Source: Eledone cirrhosa (Eukaryota). From it: DNA of 64,000 nt. This document shows positions 12,424 to 32,966 of this stretch, one piece after another (the stretch's first letter is position 1; every line of letters starts with the position of its first letter). The position numbers and the translations under genes were made by a program. The notes under the pieces are model-generated. The model saw only the letters and a program-made list of their open reading frames with translations, did not search any database and was not told the origin of the DNA. Location of the stretch: assembly GCA_964016885.1 (NCBI GenBank), contig OZ024744.1, positions 78,864,001 through 78,928,000 on the forward strand, in the 5' to 3' direction.

Positions 12424-14136
12424 GTGCGTGGATTGTTATCTAAATTTTAGTAAAAAAAACAAAACATGTAAAGAACTTATGAAAGTTTGTAGTGTTGGGA
12501 GTGGTGATCGTGGAGGGGATTATGCCGGTTTGTTATTCATCTCAAGAATTATGTATTCGATTATATAATTTCGTGAAATCACCAACTGTCTTAGCTGGTA
12601 ACAAAACGGAAGACTGGCATCGCTTTTTTTTTTTTATTCAAATCAAATAAAAATAAGTACTAATAATATATTTAGTATCGATTGCGGAGGTTATACACGG
12701 CTTCCTTAAAAGAATGGTCGTTTCTCGAAACCAAAGCACGTTTTCAGAAAAGTAGTCATATATAAACGACGAATTTTATTTTTACTTCTTTCGACACATT
12801 TTAACGGAGTCGCTTAAGTGGATTTAATAGTTAAACATGTGTTAAGACAGAGTAGACATACTAATAGATATATTAATATCTTACAAATAAGTTTGTTCTG
12901 AACTTGTATTCTAAAATAACGAGGTAAATACAGAGAAATATGTAAACTTATGTAAGTGAACTTGAATGCTTTCTTTGTATTTATTTATTTGGATATTAAA
13001 GTAACAGCATTTAAAAAATAGACTAATGAGAAGAATCATATTTAAATATCATCTGAAAAATAATACAGTAAGTAGTTTAAAAATAGACGGTCGTAACATT
13101 GTATTTACCTTTTGAATGTCAACAATGTCAAAGCCCAGTTTCACTAGCAGACGGTGTAAGCCGGGTCATGTCGTCAGTTGAAAGACAACCTTTCCATTAA
13201 CGAATATTAAACGTTAGGATCTCTGTTCGATTTCAATATCGCCTCGTATTTCCCCAAACCACCCAAGAACAATTTCAATAACAATTCAAAAACTTTGTTC
13301 TTAACAAAAAGCAGCGTTGATGATGTAAATAAAATATGTTTAGTTAGCTTACGTTGTCTGAAGGAAGGCGAAGATGTGTATTGGGGTGCTGGTGAAATAA
13401 GTATCAATTATGTAAAGTTGTAGTTGGTGTTAAACCCTAGATTAACTCTCACTGTGTAGACTTATGCTGAAAAACGTTCCAAATATAACCAACCAGACTT
13501 TTTGTATACTGAGGACTTCATTGTCCAACGTGTCAATTCTTTCTTAGGATTGTAGGGTAATTTGAGGAAATTTGACTATTTTTGATATGTTTGACTGTAT
13601 AAAGAATCTCTTTTTAGTGTACCATATATATGAAAAGTATTTTATTCACTGAGGCTAAAGCTACTTTTCTTAACAGAAATTTAACATTATGTAATCTTAA
13701 AAACAAAACAAAACAAGATTCTGTGAATTTGTTTGTATATAAGGCTTACATATCAGTGTTATACATGTTTCAAGATTAGGCGAACCTAATATTTTGTCAG
13801 GCAACAGTTTTGTAAACGAACTTGGTCTCCTACAAGAGGGGGCAAGAAAACGGTCGAGATTTTTGTGTGAAAAGTAGGTGGTGAGAGTAGTTTTCATCCC
13901 GAGTTCTCTCCCATGTGTGGTACTGAGTTCATTTGGGAAGTTTTATTGATTTACTTATTTGTACTTTGTGTATAATCGTGTATTATACACTGTGTATGGG
14001 TGTTGTTGTTTTTTGTGAGTGAACGAATGTAGGTCTACTTGCGTAGGAATTAGTGTTGGTGGTGTTTAAAAGGAATGTGCCTGATGCATTGAAGTTACAT
14101 GGTTATATATACATGTATATATACTAATATATATAT

Positions 14137-14400
14137 CATCACCGTTTTACGTCCGTTCTTCCACGCTAGCATGGGTTAGACGGGTTGTTCTGTTGTGGGC
14201 AGTGTCTGGTCGGCTGACCATGCCTTGCTCATACAGGAACTGATCTGGCTTGATTTCTACAGCTGGATGCCCTTCCTAACACCAACCTCATTTACAGTGA
14301 GTGCTGGGTGCTTTTTCGTGGCGCCTACACGTCCACTTTACAGTGTGGGCTGGGTGCTTTTTTGCCGTGGCACCTCCACGACCACCTTGCGGTAGGGTGT
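14137..14400 (-). mobile_element. RTE-tailed SINE-like repeat (GTTAGGAAGGGCATCCAGCTGTAGAAA family)
   Basis: Near-identical to 28251-28460 and shares the GGACGTAAAA(ATG)n tail with the RTE LINE. Related copies at 19120-19428(+), 26644-26940(-), 47835-48010(-), 51840-52070(+), 56647-56900(-). Confidence 0.75.
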
Positions 14401-14524
14401 GTGGGGGCATATTAGAAATCACGGTCGTGTGTCAATGCCTATATATATAAATGAAAAGTGTATATATATATGAGGGACTCATTTTATTACATGTTATCCA
14501 TGTGCTACCTGCAGTATTTTTCTC

Positions 14525-14609
<85 letters not shown>

Positions 14610-14647
14610 ATATTAATAAATGGAAACTATATTTATAAACCCATAAT

Positions 14648-14713
14648 TATTTTATTATATATATTTCAAGGGCGACCAAGGTAACTTATGGTGCGCTTTC
14701 ATCAGATAAAATA
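14648..14713 (-). ncRNA. Minimal type I hammerhead ribozyme, intact core
   Basis: Minus strand: TATTTTAT-CTGATGA-AAGCGCACCA TAAGTTACCT TGGTCGCCCTT-GAAA-TATATA-TA|ATAAAATA. Confidence 0.85.
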
Positions 14714-14852
14714 CAGATGTTTTATAAATAAATATTGACATACTCGTAAAAAAGACAACCTCATCGGTTGAAATTCGCTCTATCCAGCGAATTTTAACCG
14801 TTGAGGTTGTCTTTTTCCGGGTATGTCAATATTTATTTATAAAACAAATCTG

Positions 14853-14918
14853 TATTTTATCTCATGAAAGCGCACCATAATTTACCTTGGTCGCCCTTGA
14901 AATATATATAATAAAATA
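14853..14918 (+). ncRNA. Hammerhead motif with G5C core mutation (probably inactive)
   Basis: Same fold as 14648-14713, but the core reads CTCATGA. Confidence 0.75.
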
Positions 14919-15178
14919 ATTATGGTTTTATAAATATAGTTTCCATTTATTAATATATTGTATATTTACTCCACTAACTTATTGAGTGCTTTATATCAGT
15001 TATAAAAATGTTTAAGCGTGTTGAATCCCAACAAATTAAATATAACCTCTGCATATATATATATATATATATATAACGAAGGAAATGTGGTAAGGAACCA
15101 GGTGAACCATAACGCCCCAAAGTACTCAATACTTAGGGTAGTAGAGTGGGTAATAGGAACCCCGGGGTCTTACTGGTT

Positions 15179-15226
<48 letters not shown>

Positions 15227-15367
15227 GGAGTTGTATTTAATTTGTTGGAATTCCGACAAGCATAAATGTTTATAACTGATATAGAGCACTCAACAACTAT
15301 CCAGCGAATTTCGGACCGTTAAGGTGTGATTTCCATGGCTATGACATTATTTATAATACAAATTTAG

Positions 15368-15432
15368 TATTTTATCTGATGAAAGCGCACCAAGATCTGC
15401 TTGGTCGCGCTTGAAATATATATAATAAAATA
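15368..15432 (+). ncRNA. Minimal type I hammerhead ribozyme, intact core
   Basis: TATTTTAT-CTGATGA-AAGCGC ACCAAG ATCTG CTTGGT C GCGCTT-GAAA-TATATA-TA|ATAAAATA. 8-bp stem I, 12-bp stem II with one bulge, predicted cleavage after 15424 (AUA). Confidence 0.9.
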
Positions 15433-15473
15433 AATATGGTTTTATAAATATAGTTTCCATTTATTATTATCTT

Positions 15474-15513
<40 letters not shown>

Positions 15514-15516
15514 ATC

Positions 15517-15815
15517 GAAAACGAAAAATCAGTGATGCATCGGAACTCAATTTATTGTGTGTTACAATTGTTTCCCCAGCGAACAGCTTGAGGTGCGATC
15601 CATGTGAGGATCTACCTGACAGGTTCCTCGGACACGTCTATATTGATTTCGGATCATATCCTCTATGATCCGAAATCAATAGACGTGTCCGAGAAACCTG
15701 CGAGTTTACAGACAGGTAGATCCACACATCAGATCGCACCTCGAGCTGTTCGCTGGGGAAACAATTGTAACACACAATAAATTGAGTTCCGATGCATCAC
15801 CGATTTTTCGTTTTC
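15517..15815. repeat. Long palindrome (~140-bp arms, 5-nt loop) carrying the 3' half of a hammerhead
   Basis: Arms 15517-15658 and 15664-15815. GAAA-CAATTG-TA|ACAC at 15758-15773 is followed by AATAAA. No CUGANGA found upstream. Confidence 0.8.
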
Positions 15816-15900
15816 CATTCTATAATATTCTGCTCCGTAGGATCATAGAGTGTTCAACTGGCATACCGCCTATAGAAGAATCTTAGCTACCATTAGACAT

Positions 15901-16100
15901 NNNNNNNNNNNNNNNNNNNNNNNNNNNNNNNNNNNNNNNNNNNNNNNNNNNNNNNNNNNNNNNNNNNNNNNNNNNNNNNNNNNNNNNNNNNNNNNNNNNN
16001 NNNNNNNNNNNNNNNNNNNNNNNNNNNNNNNNNNNNNNNNNNNNNNNNNNNNNNNNNNNNNNNNNNNNNNNNNNNNNNNNNNNNNNNNNNNNNNNNNNNN
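15901..16100. other. Assembly gap (200 N)
   Basis: Run of n. Confidence 1.
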
Positions 16101-16326
16101 ATATATAATATAATATATATAATATAATATATATATATAATATAATATATATATATAATATAATATATATATATAATATAATATATATATAATATATATA
16201 TATAATATAATATAATATATATATATAATATAATATATATATATAATATATATATATATATAATATATATATAATATATTATATATATATAATATATATA
16301 ATATATATATATAATATATATATAAT

Positions 16327-16369
<43 letters not shown>

Positions 16370-16381
16370 TATATATATATA

Positions 16382-16413
<32 letters not shown>

Positions 16414-16781
16414 ATATATATATATATAATATATTATATATATATAATATATATATATAATATTATATATATATATAATATATTGTATATATATATAATA
16501 TATTATATATATATATATATATAATATATTATATATATATATATATAATATATATATTATATATATATATATTATATATATATATATAATATATTATATA
16601 TATATATATTATATATATATATATATAATATATATATATAATATATTATATATATATATAATATATTATATATATATAATATATATATATAATATATATA
16701 TAATATATATATAATATATATATATATATAATATATATATATATAATATATAATATATATATAATATATATAATATATACA

Positions 16782-17317
16782 ATTATGAAGAGAGAAGAAA
16801 CATTTAGATATAATTAGTAATAAAATGTATCATACCTAAACTGCTCCTAAACAAAAACAATATATCATAAAGATAAAGAGTCCTTGCGAGTTCTAAATAT
16901 ATTGTTAATAACTCCCTCTGGTCGAGCAATCTTTGAAGTGTGGGGACAGCTGGAAAGCTTCCATTACTCATACTTCTCGTCTTCTTCACCACCTCTTCTA
17001 CGGCCTCGATATAAATACCCCCTCCGCCTCCGTGGTATTTTCTTCGGGGTTATAAGAGGCTTAGCTCTGTTTCTCGACCGTTATATCTCCCCCTCCGCCT
17101 TTTGGGATTCTTTCTCACGTCGTGTAGACGCGTTCTTGAGACTAGTAAAATGAGGTATCCTCTTGATAAGTCGGCAGACCTCGCAAGGACTCTATATCTT
17201 TATGATATATTGTTTTTGTTTATGCCACGAACTACGTAGTCGAGGAATTTAGGAGCAGTTTAGGTATGATACATTTTATTACTAATTATATCTAAATGTT
17301 TCTTCTCTCTTCATAAT
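16782..17317. repeat. Inverted repeat (16782-16890 / 17180-17317) with ~290-bp spacer, inside (TA)n
   Basis: Arms are complementary except for a ~28-nt block present only in the right arm. Confidence 0.85.
17158..17246 (+). ncRNA. Hammerhead-like motif with U3-A8 core variant and one missing A
   Basis: TCCTC-TTGATAA-GTCGGCA...TGCCAC-GAA-CTACGTAG-TC|GAGGA. 5-bp stem I, palindromic stem III, GUC triplet. Confidence 0.65.
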
Positions 17318-17478
17318 GTATTTTTAACTCTGATACTGGTTCAGTCTAGTTCAACTGAATTGGTCTGTCCCAGTCATTCATTGAGCAACATCGGTGAAGT
17401 TGGCACCCTTAACTCACAGTTGGGTGCGGATGCATTCATGTATATATGTGTGTGTCCGCATGTATCTGTGTGTTTCTA

Positions 17479-17581
17479 AATATATATAATATATATATAT
17501 TATATATATAATATATATATATATATAATATATGTATATAATATATGTATATAATATATATATATATATAATATATATAAT

Positions 17582-17626
<45 letters not shown>

Positions 17627-17675
17627 ATATATGTATATAATATATGTATATAATATATATATATATGTATATAAT

Positions 17676-17706
<31 letters not shown>

Positions 17707-17864
17707 TATATATATAATATATATATATATATAATATATGTATATAATATATGTATATAATATATATATATATGTATATAATATATATATATATGTATAT
17801 AATATATATATATATGTATATAATATATATATATATATATATATAATATATATATATATATAAT

Positions 17865-17933
<69 letters not shown>

Positions 17934-18236
17934 TATATAATATATATATATATATATAATATAATATATATATATAATATATATATATATATTATATATA
18001 TAATATATATATATATATAATATATATATATAATATATATATATATATAATATATATATATATAATATATATATATATATAATATATATATATAATATAT
18101 ATATATATATAATATATATATATAATATATATATATATATATAATATATATATAATATATATATAATATATATATATATATAATATATATATATAATATA
18201 TATATATAATATATAATATATATATATAATATATAT

Positions 18237-18302
<66 letters not shown>

Positions 18303-18303
18303 T

Positions 18304-18335
<32 letters not shown>

Positions 18336-18588
18336 ATATATATATATAATATATATATAATATATAAAATATATATAAAATATATATATATATAAAATAT
18401 ATATATATAATATATATATATATATATAATATATATATATATAATATATATATATATAAAAATATATATATATAAAATATATATATATATAAAATATATA
18501 TATATATAAAATATATATATATTATATATATATATAAAATATATATATATATAAAATATATATATATTATATATATATATAAAATATA

Positions 18589-18630
<42 letters not shown>

Positions 18631-18673
18631 TATATATAATATATATATATATAATATATATATTATATATAAT

Positions 18674-18704
<31 letters not shown>

Positions 18705-18774
18705 TATATATAATATATATATATAATATATATATATAATATATATATATATATAATATATATATATATAATAT

Positions 18775-18806
<32 letters not shown>

Positions 18807-18826
18807 ATATAATATATATATATAAT

Positions 18827-18860
<34 letters not shown>

Positions 18861-18948
18861 ATATATATATATAATATATATATATATATAATATATATAT
18901 ATATATAATATATATATAATATATATATATATATAATATATATATATA
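17479..18948. repeat. Interrupted (TA)n microsatellite array (also 16101-16778)
   Basis: TA runs punctuated mainly by AA. Confidence 0.98.
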
Positions 18949-19442
18949 CGAGCTGATAAACTCCGACCTCACACACTTACACCTCTCCAAGACAATGTCA
19001 CTGGACCGAGACCTTTGGCGGTACTCAGTAACAGAGAAGACCCGCCTTGCCAGTAGGCATCTCTAACAAAATACACCCCGTCCCACCACCACCACCCCAC
19101 CCCATCCACACCACCCCCGTCTATGTAAAGTTATGTTGGTGCCGCGCCATCCGGGCCGAAACAAATGAGATCGTGTAGGTGTCACGACAAAAAAACACAC
19201 AGTCCACGCTGTAATGTGGCCGTGTAGGCAACACGGTAAAAACCTCCCAGACCCACACTGTAAATGTGGTTGGTGTTAGGAAGGGCATCCAACTGTAGAA
19301 AACCTGCCAGACAGTCCTATGCGAGCAAGACAATCACTCTTGCCTCAAGTGGGGACTACCCCCGTCCAAACCCATGCAAGCGTGGAACACGGACGTTAAA
19401 ACGTTGATGATGATGATGATGATGATGATATATTATATATAT

Positions 19443-19476
<34 letters not shown>

Positions 19477-19513
19477 ATTATATATATATTATATATATAT
19501 ATTATATATATAT

Positions 19514-19544
<31 letters not shown>

Positions 19545-19644
19545 ATATATATATTATATATATATTATATATATATTATATATATATTATATATATAATA
19601 TATATATATATATAAAATATATATATATAATATATATATTATAT

Positions 19645-20392
19645 ACACTGCACATCCAACGGAGCATGCTTGCCTCATTTCTCTCCAGCCGTCGCATATC
19701 CTCTGCAGTTGCTGCCCATGTCTCGCTACCATGCAGCATCGCGCTCCTCACACAGGCATCATACAACCGGCCTTTTGTACGCAGGGAGAAACCCTTCTTC
19801 GTCAACAGAGGAAGCAGCTCCTTAAACTTCTACCAACCCGTCCTTATTCTAGATACTATGGCCTCGGAACACCCTCCTCCCATGCTAATCTGATCTCCTA
19901 GGTACCGGAAGCTATCCACCACTTCTATAGCGCCCGCCTGCATTTGAAAAATGTGTCTATCAGTGCGACTTCTACTGTCTAATTTCCCTGTACATCTACT
20001 GCATACATATTTCTCCCTACCTGTTAATTTGTCTGCTAACCCACTACATCTCTTGTGTACCCAGGATCTGCATTGTGTGCATTTTATAGAATTTATGTTC
20101 TTTTTCTGCATATCGAACATGGCCATTTCCCTGACGGAATCAGGGTTTTGTCCTCTTTTCTACTCAACACTTTTGTCTTAGCTAGATTTACTCTCAGTTC
20201 TCTTGATTCCAACTGCTGTTTCCATAGCCAGAATTTATTCTCTAGCTCCTCTACTGATTCTTCTATAAGAACCAGATCGTCAGCATAGAGAAGTTCCCAT
20301 GGACAGCCAGTCTTAAACTCTTCTGTTATGGCTTGGAGGACTATAATGAACAAGAGAGGGCTAAGGACCGAACCCTCATGTACTCCTACTTG
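19645..20392 (-). mobile_element. RTE LINE internal fragment (RT C-terminal part), both ends in (TA)n
   Basis: [14 protein letters not shown]...LLYADDLVL...CSRC...LHGSETW. Same family as 32967-35788. Confidence 0.92.
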
Positions 20393-20402
20393 TATATATA
20401 TG

Positions 20403-20435
<33 letters not shown>

Positions 20436-20501
20436 GTATATATATATATATACATATATATACATATATATATATATATACATATATATATACATATATA
20501 T

Positions 20502-20550
<49 letters not shown>

Positions 20551-20553
20551 TAA

Positions 20554-20744
<191 letters not shown>

Positions 20745-20749
20745 TATTA

Positions 20750-20793
<44 letters not shown>

Positions 20794-20796
<3 letters not shown>

Positions 20797-21205
20797 GGTG
20801 GCTGCCAACTCGTTTTCGAGTATGGCCACTACTTTATATCCATGTAGGAGAACCCCTACCGATGCGCTGAACGAGTGTGACTTTTTAGTCCAGCCAGCGA
20901 CTTGAAAACTCTGGTACAAACACTACACTTGTGACAATTATTGACACTTAGTGCTGGGCCCATGGTATCATGTGACGACAAATGCAGGGAGATCTCCAGA
21001 TATAAAGCAATGCCTGTGCCGTGAAGCTTTTATAGTGAGCAAAGGCACTGCACAAAGCCAGTCCCACTCTCTTAACCAAGATGATATTTACCAAAAAGAA
21101 GAACACGTCAACATCATTGGATACCATCAGAGTTGCAGGTGTTATATCAGAGTTTTCCTTCTCCTAGAATTCTGCCTTGACAAAGGCTAAGGGGTCATCT
21201 CTCCC
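20794..21205 (-). mobile_element. Non-coding repeat, partial copy of the 63267-63876 element
   Basis: Reverse complement aligns by eye with 63468-63876, with the same terminus GTTGGCAGCCACCAT abutting (TA)n. Confidence 0.85.
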
Positions 21206-21677
21206 ATATACATACATATATACATACATACATACATACATACATATATGCATACATATATGCATACATACATGCATACATACATACATATATATATATA
21301 CATACATATATATATATACATACATATATATATATACATACATATATATATATACATACATATATATATATACATACATACATATATACATACATATATA
21401 CATACATACATATATACATACATACATATATACATACATACATATATACATACATACATATATACATACATACATATATACATACATACATATATACATA
21501 CATACATATATACATACATACATATATACATACATATACATATACATACATATATACATACATACATACATATATACATACATATATATATACATACATA
21601 TATACATACATATATATATACATACATATATACATACATACATATATACAAACATACATATATACATACATATATAT

Positions 21678-21708
<31 letters not shown>

Positions 21709-22006
21709 CATACATATATATATATATACATATATATATATACATACATATATATATACATACATATACATATACATACATATATATATACATACATACA
21801 TATATACATACATACATATATATATACATACATATATATATATATACATACATATATATATACATACATATATATATACATACATACATATATACATACA
21901 TATATACATACATACATATATACATACATACATATATACATACATACATATATACATACATATATATATACATACATACATATATACATACATATACATA
22001 CATACA

Positions 22007-22040
<34 letters not shown>

Positions 22041-22045
22041 CATAC

Positions 22046-22108
<63 letters not shown>

Positions 22109-22322
22109 CATATATATATACATACATATATATATATATATACATATATATATACATACATATATATATACATACATACATACATACATACCCATATATA
22201 TAAACATACATACATATATACACACATATATATATATAAACACACACACATATATATATAAACACACACACATATATATATAAACACACACATATATATA
22301 TATACATACATACAGACACACA
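21206..22322. repeat. (TACA)n/(TA)n microsatellite
   Basis: Direct reading. Confidence 0.98.
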
Positions 22323-23179
22323 ACTATATCAAATTATTTTGTTACAAGCTGCAATATGTTTCAATCTTTTGATATTGTCAAACACGTGCATCAGGCTATT
22401 TAGTCATTAAATATAAAATGAAGGTGAGAATTTTCAAATAATAAAATTAAGGCAAAGTTGATTTTGAATGTTATAAATTTCAAATAAGAAGTTTAATTAC
22501 ATCTATAATGTTTAAATTTTAAAAATATTTGTTTAGAAGGGGAAAAAATATTAAAGGAGTTGATGTGTTTTAGATAAGGTATTTTATGATGTTCAAATGT
22601 TTCTGTGTGTATCCAGCTTAGAACAGATACACTGTATGCCATGCCACATGTGGCAACTAAAATGGTTGACATTACCTCAGAAAGAACCTCGGGTCATGGA
22701 GCTGCCAATGCAAACACCAATTTTAGTGGAAAATATGGCTTCGAAACGTTTGAGTGTGTGTGAGAGAACGTGTGGTGCTCAAATTTTTTTTAAATGTTTT
22801 TTTTTTTTCTTATCTTGAAAGAAAAAATTTTTTTTTTTAAGGTTGAAAGAATTGTTAGTAAATATCAATGGGACATAGTTTAGGTTGAGGGAGAAAAAGA
22901 GAGAGAGAAACAAAGAAAGGGATCTTTTATGTTTTTATTCTCTCTATTAAATCCATAAATGCGAAGCATACAATATCTTTGAAGGTGTATCCTCAAACAA
23001 TCATATTGTATCCAGCAAGTTCCAGTTGAATTTCCGGGCAAACAAAAAGAAGAACCCAAATAAACAACCATATGATTGGAAGAAGTTATCACTCAATTCA
23101 GCATTACTCTTCGCAACCGCTTGAGCAACTTCAAAATCATGACATACCTCTATTTGCAGACAAAGTTGCAGATGCCAAA

Positions 23180-26643
<3,464 letters not shown>

Positions 26644-27136
26644 TCATCATCATCATCATCAACGTTTAACGTCCGTGTTTCACGCTTGCATGGGTTTGGA
26701 CGGGCGTAGTCCCACTTGAGGCAAGAGTGATTGTCCTTGCTCGCATAGGACTGTCTGGCAGGTTTTCTACAGTTGGATGCCCTCCTAACACCAACCACAT
26801 TTACAATGTGGGTCTGGGAGGTTTTTACCGTGTTGCCTACATGGCCACATTACAGCGTGGACTGTGTGTTTTTTGTCGTGACACCTAAACGATCTCATTT
26901 GTTTCGGCCTGGATGGTGTGGCACCAACATAACTTTACATATATATTTATATATATATATATGTATGTGCGTGCACGCACGCCCCCGTGCTTCTGTGTGT
27001 GTGCTTGCATGTGTAGCCCTACTTTACTTCTCCTTTCCCTCCTCCCTCCCCAGCCTCACCCTCACACAGATTGCACCTTTGCTCTTCAAAATCCAAATTC
27101 AACAAACAAACCAGGACCCCCCCACTCTATATATTA

Positions 27137-27179
<43 letters not shown>

Positions 27180-27210
27180 AAGAATCAAAGAACTGTTCAA
27201 AACATTATTG

Positions 27211-27257
27211 TGCTTACAGCTGTTTCCTCCAAACCGAAGTTTGGATTCTTCGGAGCA
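27211..27257 (-). ncRNA. Minimal type I hammerhead with U4C core variant
   Basis: Minus strand: TGCT-CCGAAGA-A TCCAAAC TTCG GTTTGGA G-GAAA-CAGCTG-TA|AGCA. 7-bp stem II capped by a C(UUCG)G tetraloop, palindromic stem III, GUA triplet. Confidence 0.75.
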
Positions 27258-27882
27258 ATTTATTAATGCATGGACAGTTATATGACCTCCTTTTCAGCCG
27301 AGAGACATACCGATACATATTCAAACATTGATACATATTCAAACATTGTGGGTCAACATTCATTACAGAATTTAGAGTGGCAGTACACACTTCGAGATTA
27401 CATTTATATTAAGAGGTACAATCAAAAATCAAAAATACAGGTTAAAATACAACATGAAGATAAGCGGTTATATAGTGCAAATGTTATATGTGTGGCACGC
27501 ATGTGCGTCTTGTTTATATAGTGTGGCAGAGAGATATGTGTGGTAGAGGCACTTAGGTAGGTAAACAAGAGTGTTAGGTTGGTAGATCTGGTGGCAAATT
27601 CTTTATCTGATTGATATGGTCTGTGTGTGGAGAAATGTTATAAGCATTAAAAATAGTGCAAGCATTAAAAGTGTTAAAAGTATTGGAGATGCACAGCGCA
27701 GGGATGTCAAGTATTTCATGTACTTCGGCATTTTCATGGTCAGGGGAGTGTATTTTTCGATTATATGCCCTTCACATAATCCACGACAATCCGACTGCCT
27801 ACCACTATTTAGGGTGTGTGTAAAATACTTATAACTGCATAAGGTTTTGTATTTACATAACCATAAATAGTATAACTAATAC

Positions 27883-31526
<3,644 letters not shown>

Positions 31527-32067
31527 ATGTAGGGGCTCCCAAAGGAGTACTGAATGCAATGTCAATTCTGGATGTCGGTGAGCATGTCCAGCCAACCTCA
31601 GTCTCCTCTGTGTCACTTTTGACCTGACTTTTGGGATGCTCCCATACAGCTCTGCGTTTTTCATCCTCAGTGTATACTGATTAATGTTCAGAGCCATCCT
31701 CAGCATTCTCGTGTAGCACCCATCCACAATCTGAGTGAGTCTCTTGGTCAGTGTCCAAGTCTCAGACCCATACAGCAGCACAGACTCCACTACAGCAATG
31801 AAGAGGCGGATTTTCAGGTCCTCTACGAAGGTCCGACCCCCACACCATGTGTGGGGGTCGGACCCACACTAGTGTGTTCATGTAGGGAGCCCCTACATGG
31901 ACACACTAGAAGGGGAAGACCAAGGTTAACATATGTTGATGCCCGAAGGACAGACACTGGTCTGTTGGAGACGCAGGATATGGCAGCGATAATGAGGGAC
32001 AGAGACCGCTGGAGAGAACTCGTCCATGGATCTCGGGAATTTTACCGCCTTAGATAGATAGATAGAT
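31527..32067. mobile_element. RTE-like LINE 3' end with 5' inversion
   Basis: 31527-31822 minus strand encodes ESVLLYGSETWTLTK...LLWEPLH. 31886-32052 plus strand continues EPLHGHTRRGRPRLTYVD...W, followed by an (AGAT)n tail. Confidence 0.85.
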
Positions 32068-32901
32068 ATATATTATATATTATATATATATATTATATAT
32101 TATATATATATATATTATATATATATATATTATATATATATATTATATATATATATATTATATTATATATATTATATTATATATATTATATTATATATAT
32201 TATATATATATATTATATATATATATATTATATATATATATATTATATTATATATATTATATTATATTTATTATATTATATTATATATATTATATATATT
32301 ATATTATATTATATATATTATATTATATATATTATATTATATATATTATATTATATATATTATATTATATATATTATATTATATATATTATATTATATAT
32401 ATTATATTATATATATATATATTATATATATATATTATATATATATATTATATATATATATTATATATATATATATTATATATATATATTATATTTATAT
32501 ATATATATTATATATATATATTATATATTATATATTATATATTATATATTTATATTATATATTATATATATATATTATATATGTATATTATATATATATA
32601 TATTATATATGTATATTATATATATATATATTATATATGTAAATTATATATATATATTATATATATATATTATATATATATATTATATATATATATTATA
32701 TATATATATTATATATATATATTATATATATATATTATATATGTATATTATATATGTATATTATATATGTATATTATATATATATATATTATATATATAT
32801 ATATTATATATATATATATTATATATATATATATTATATATGTATATTATATATATATATATTATATATGTAAATTATATATATATATTATATATATATA
32901 T

Positions 32902-32935
<34 letters not shown>

Positions 32936-32966
32936 ATTATATATATATATATTATATATATATATA

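Larger units (their letters stand above)
14606..15052. mobile_element. Palindromic non-autonomous Penelope-like element with hammerhead motifs in both arms
   Basis: Arms 14606-14779 and 14786-14960 around a 6-nt loop CTATCC. The right arm continues to 15052. Flanked by (TA)n. Confidence 0.8.

Noticed and set aside
13125-13180. Minus-strand CTGACGA...GAAA spacing like a hammerhead
   Set aside because: Stem II is not anchored to GAAA, stem III is not palindromic, there is no NUH, and stem I is only 3 bp. Likely chance.
22340-22400. Minus-strand CTGATGC...GAAACATATTGCAGC with a possible decayed PLE frame upstream
   Set aside because: Core, stem II and cleavage triplet are all imperfect, and protein similarity is not convincing by eye.
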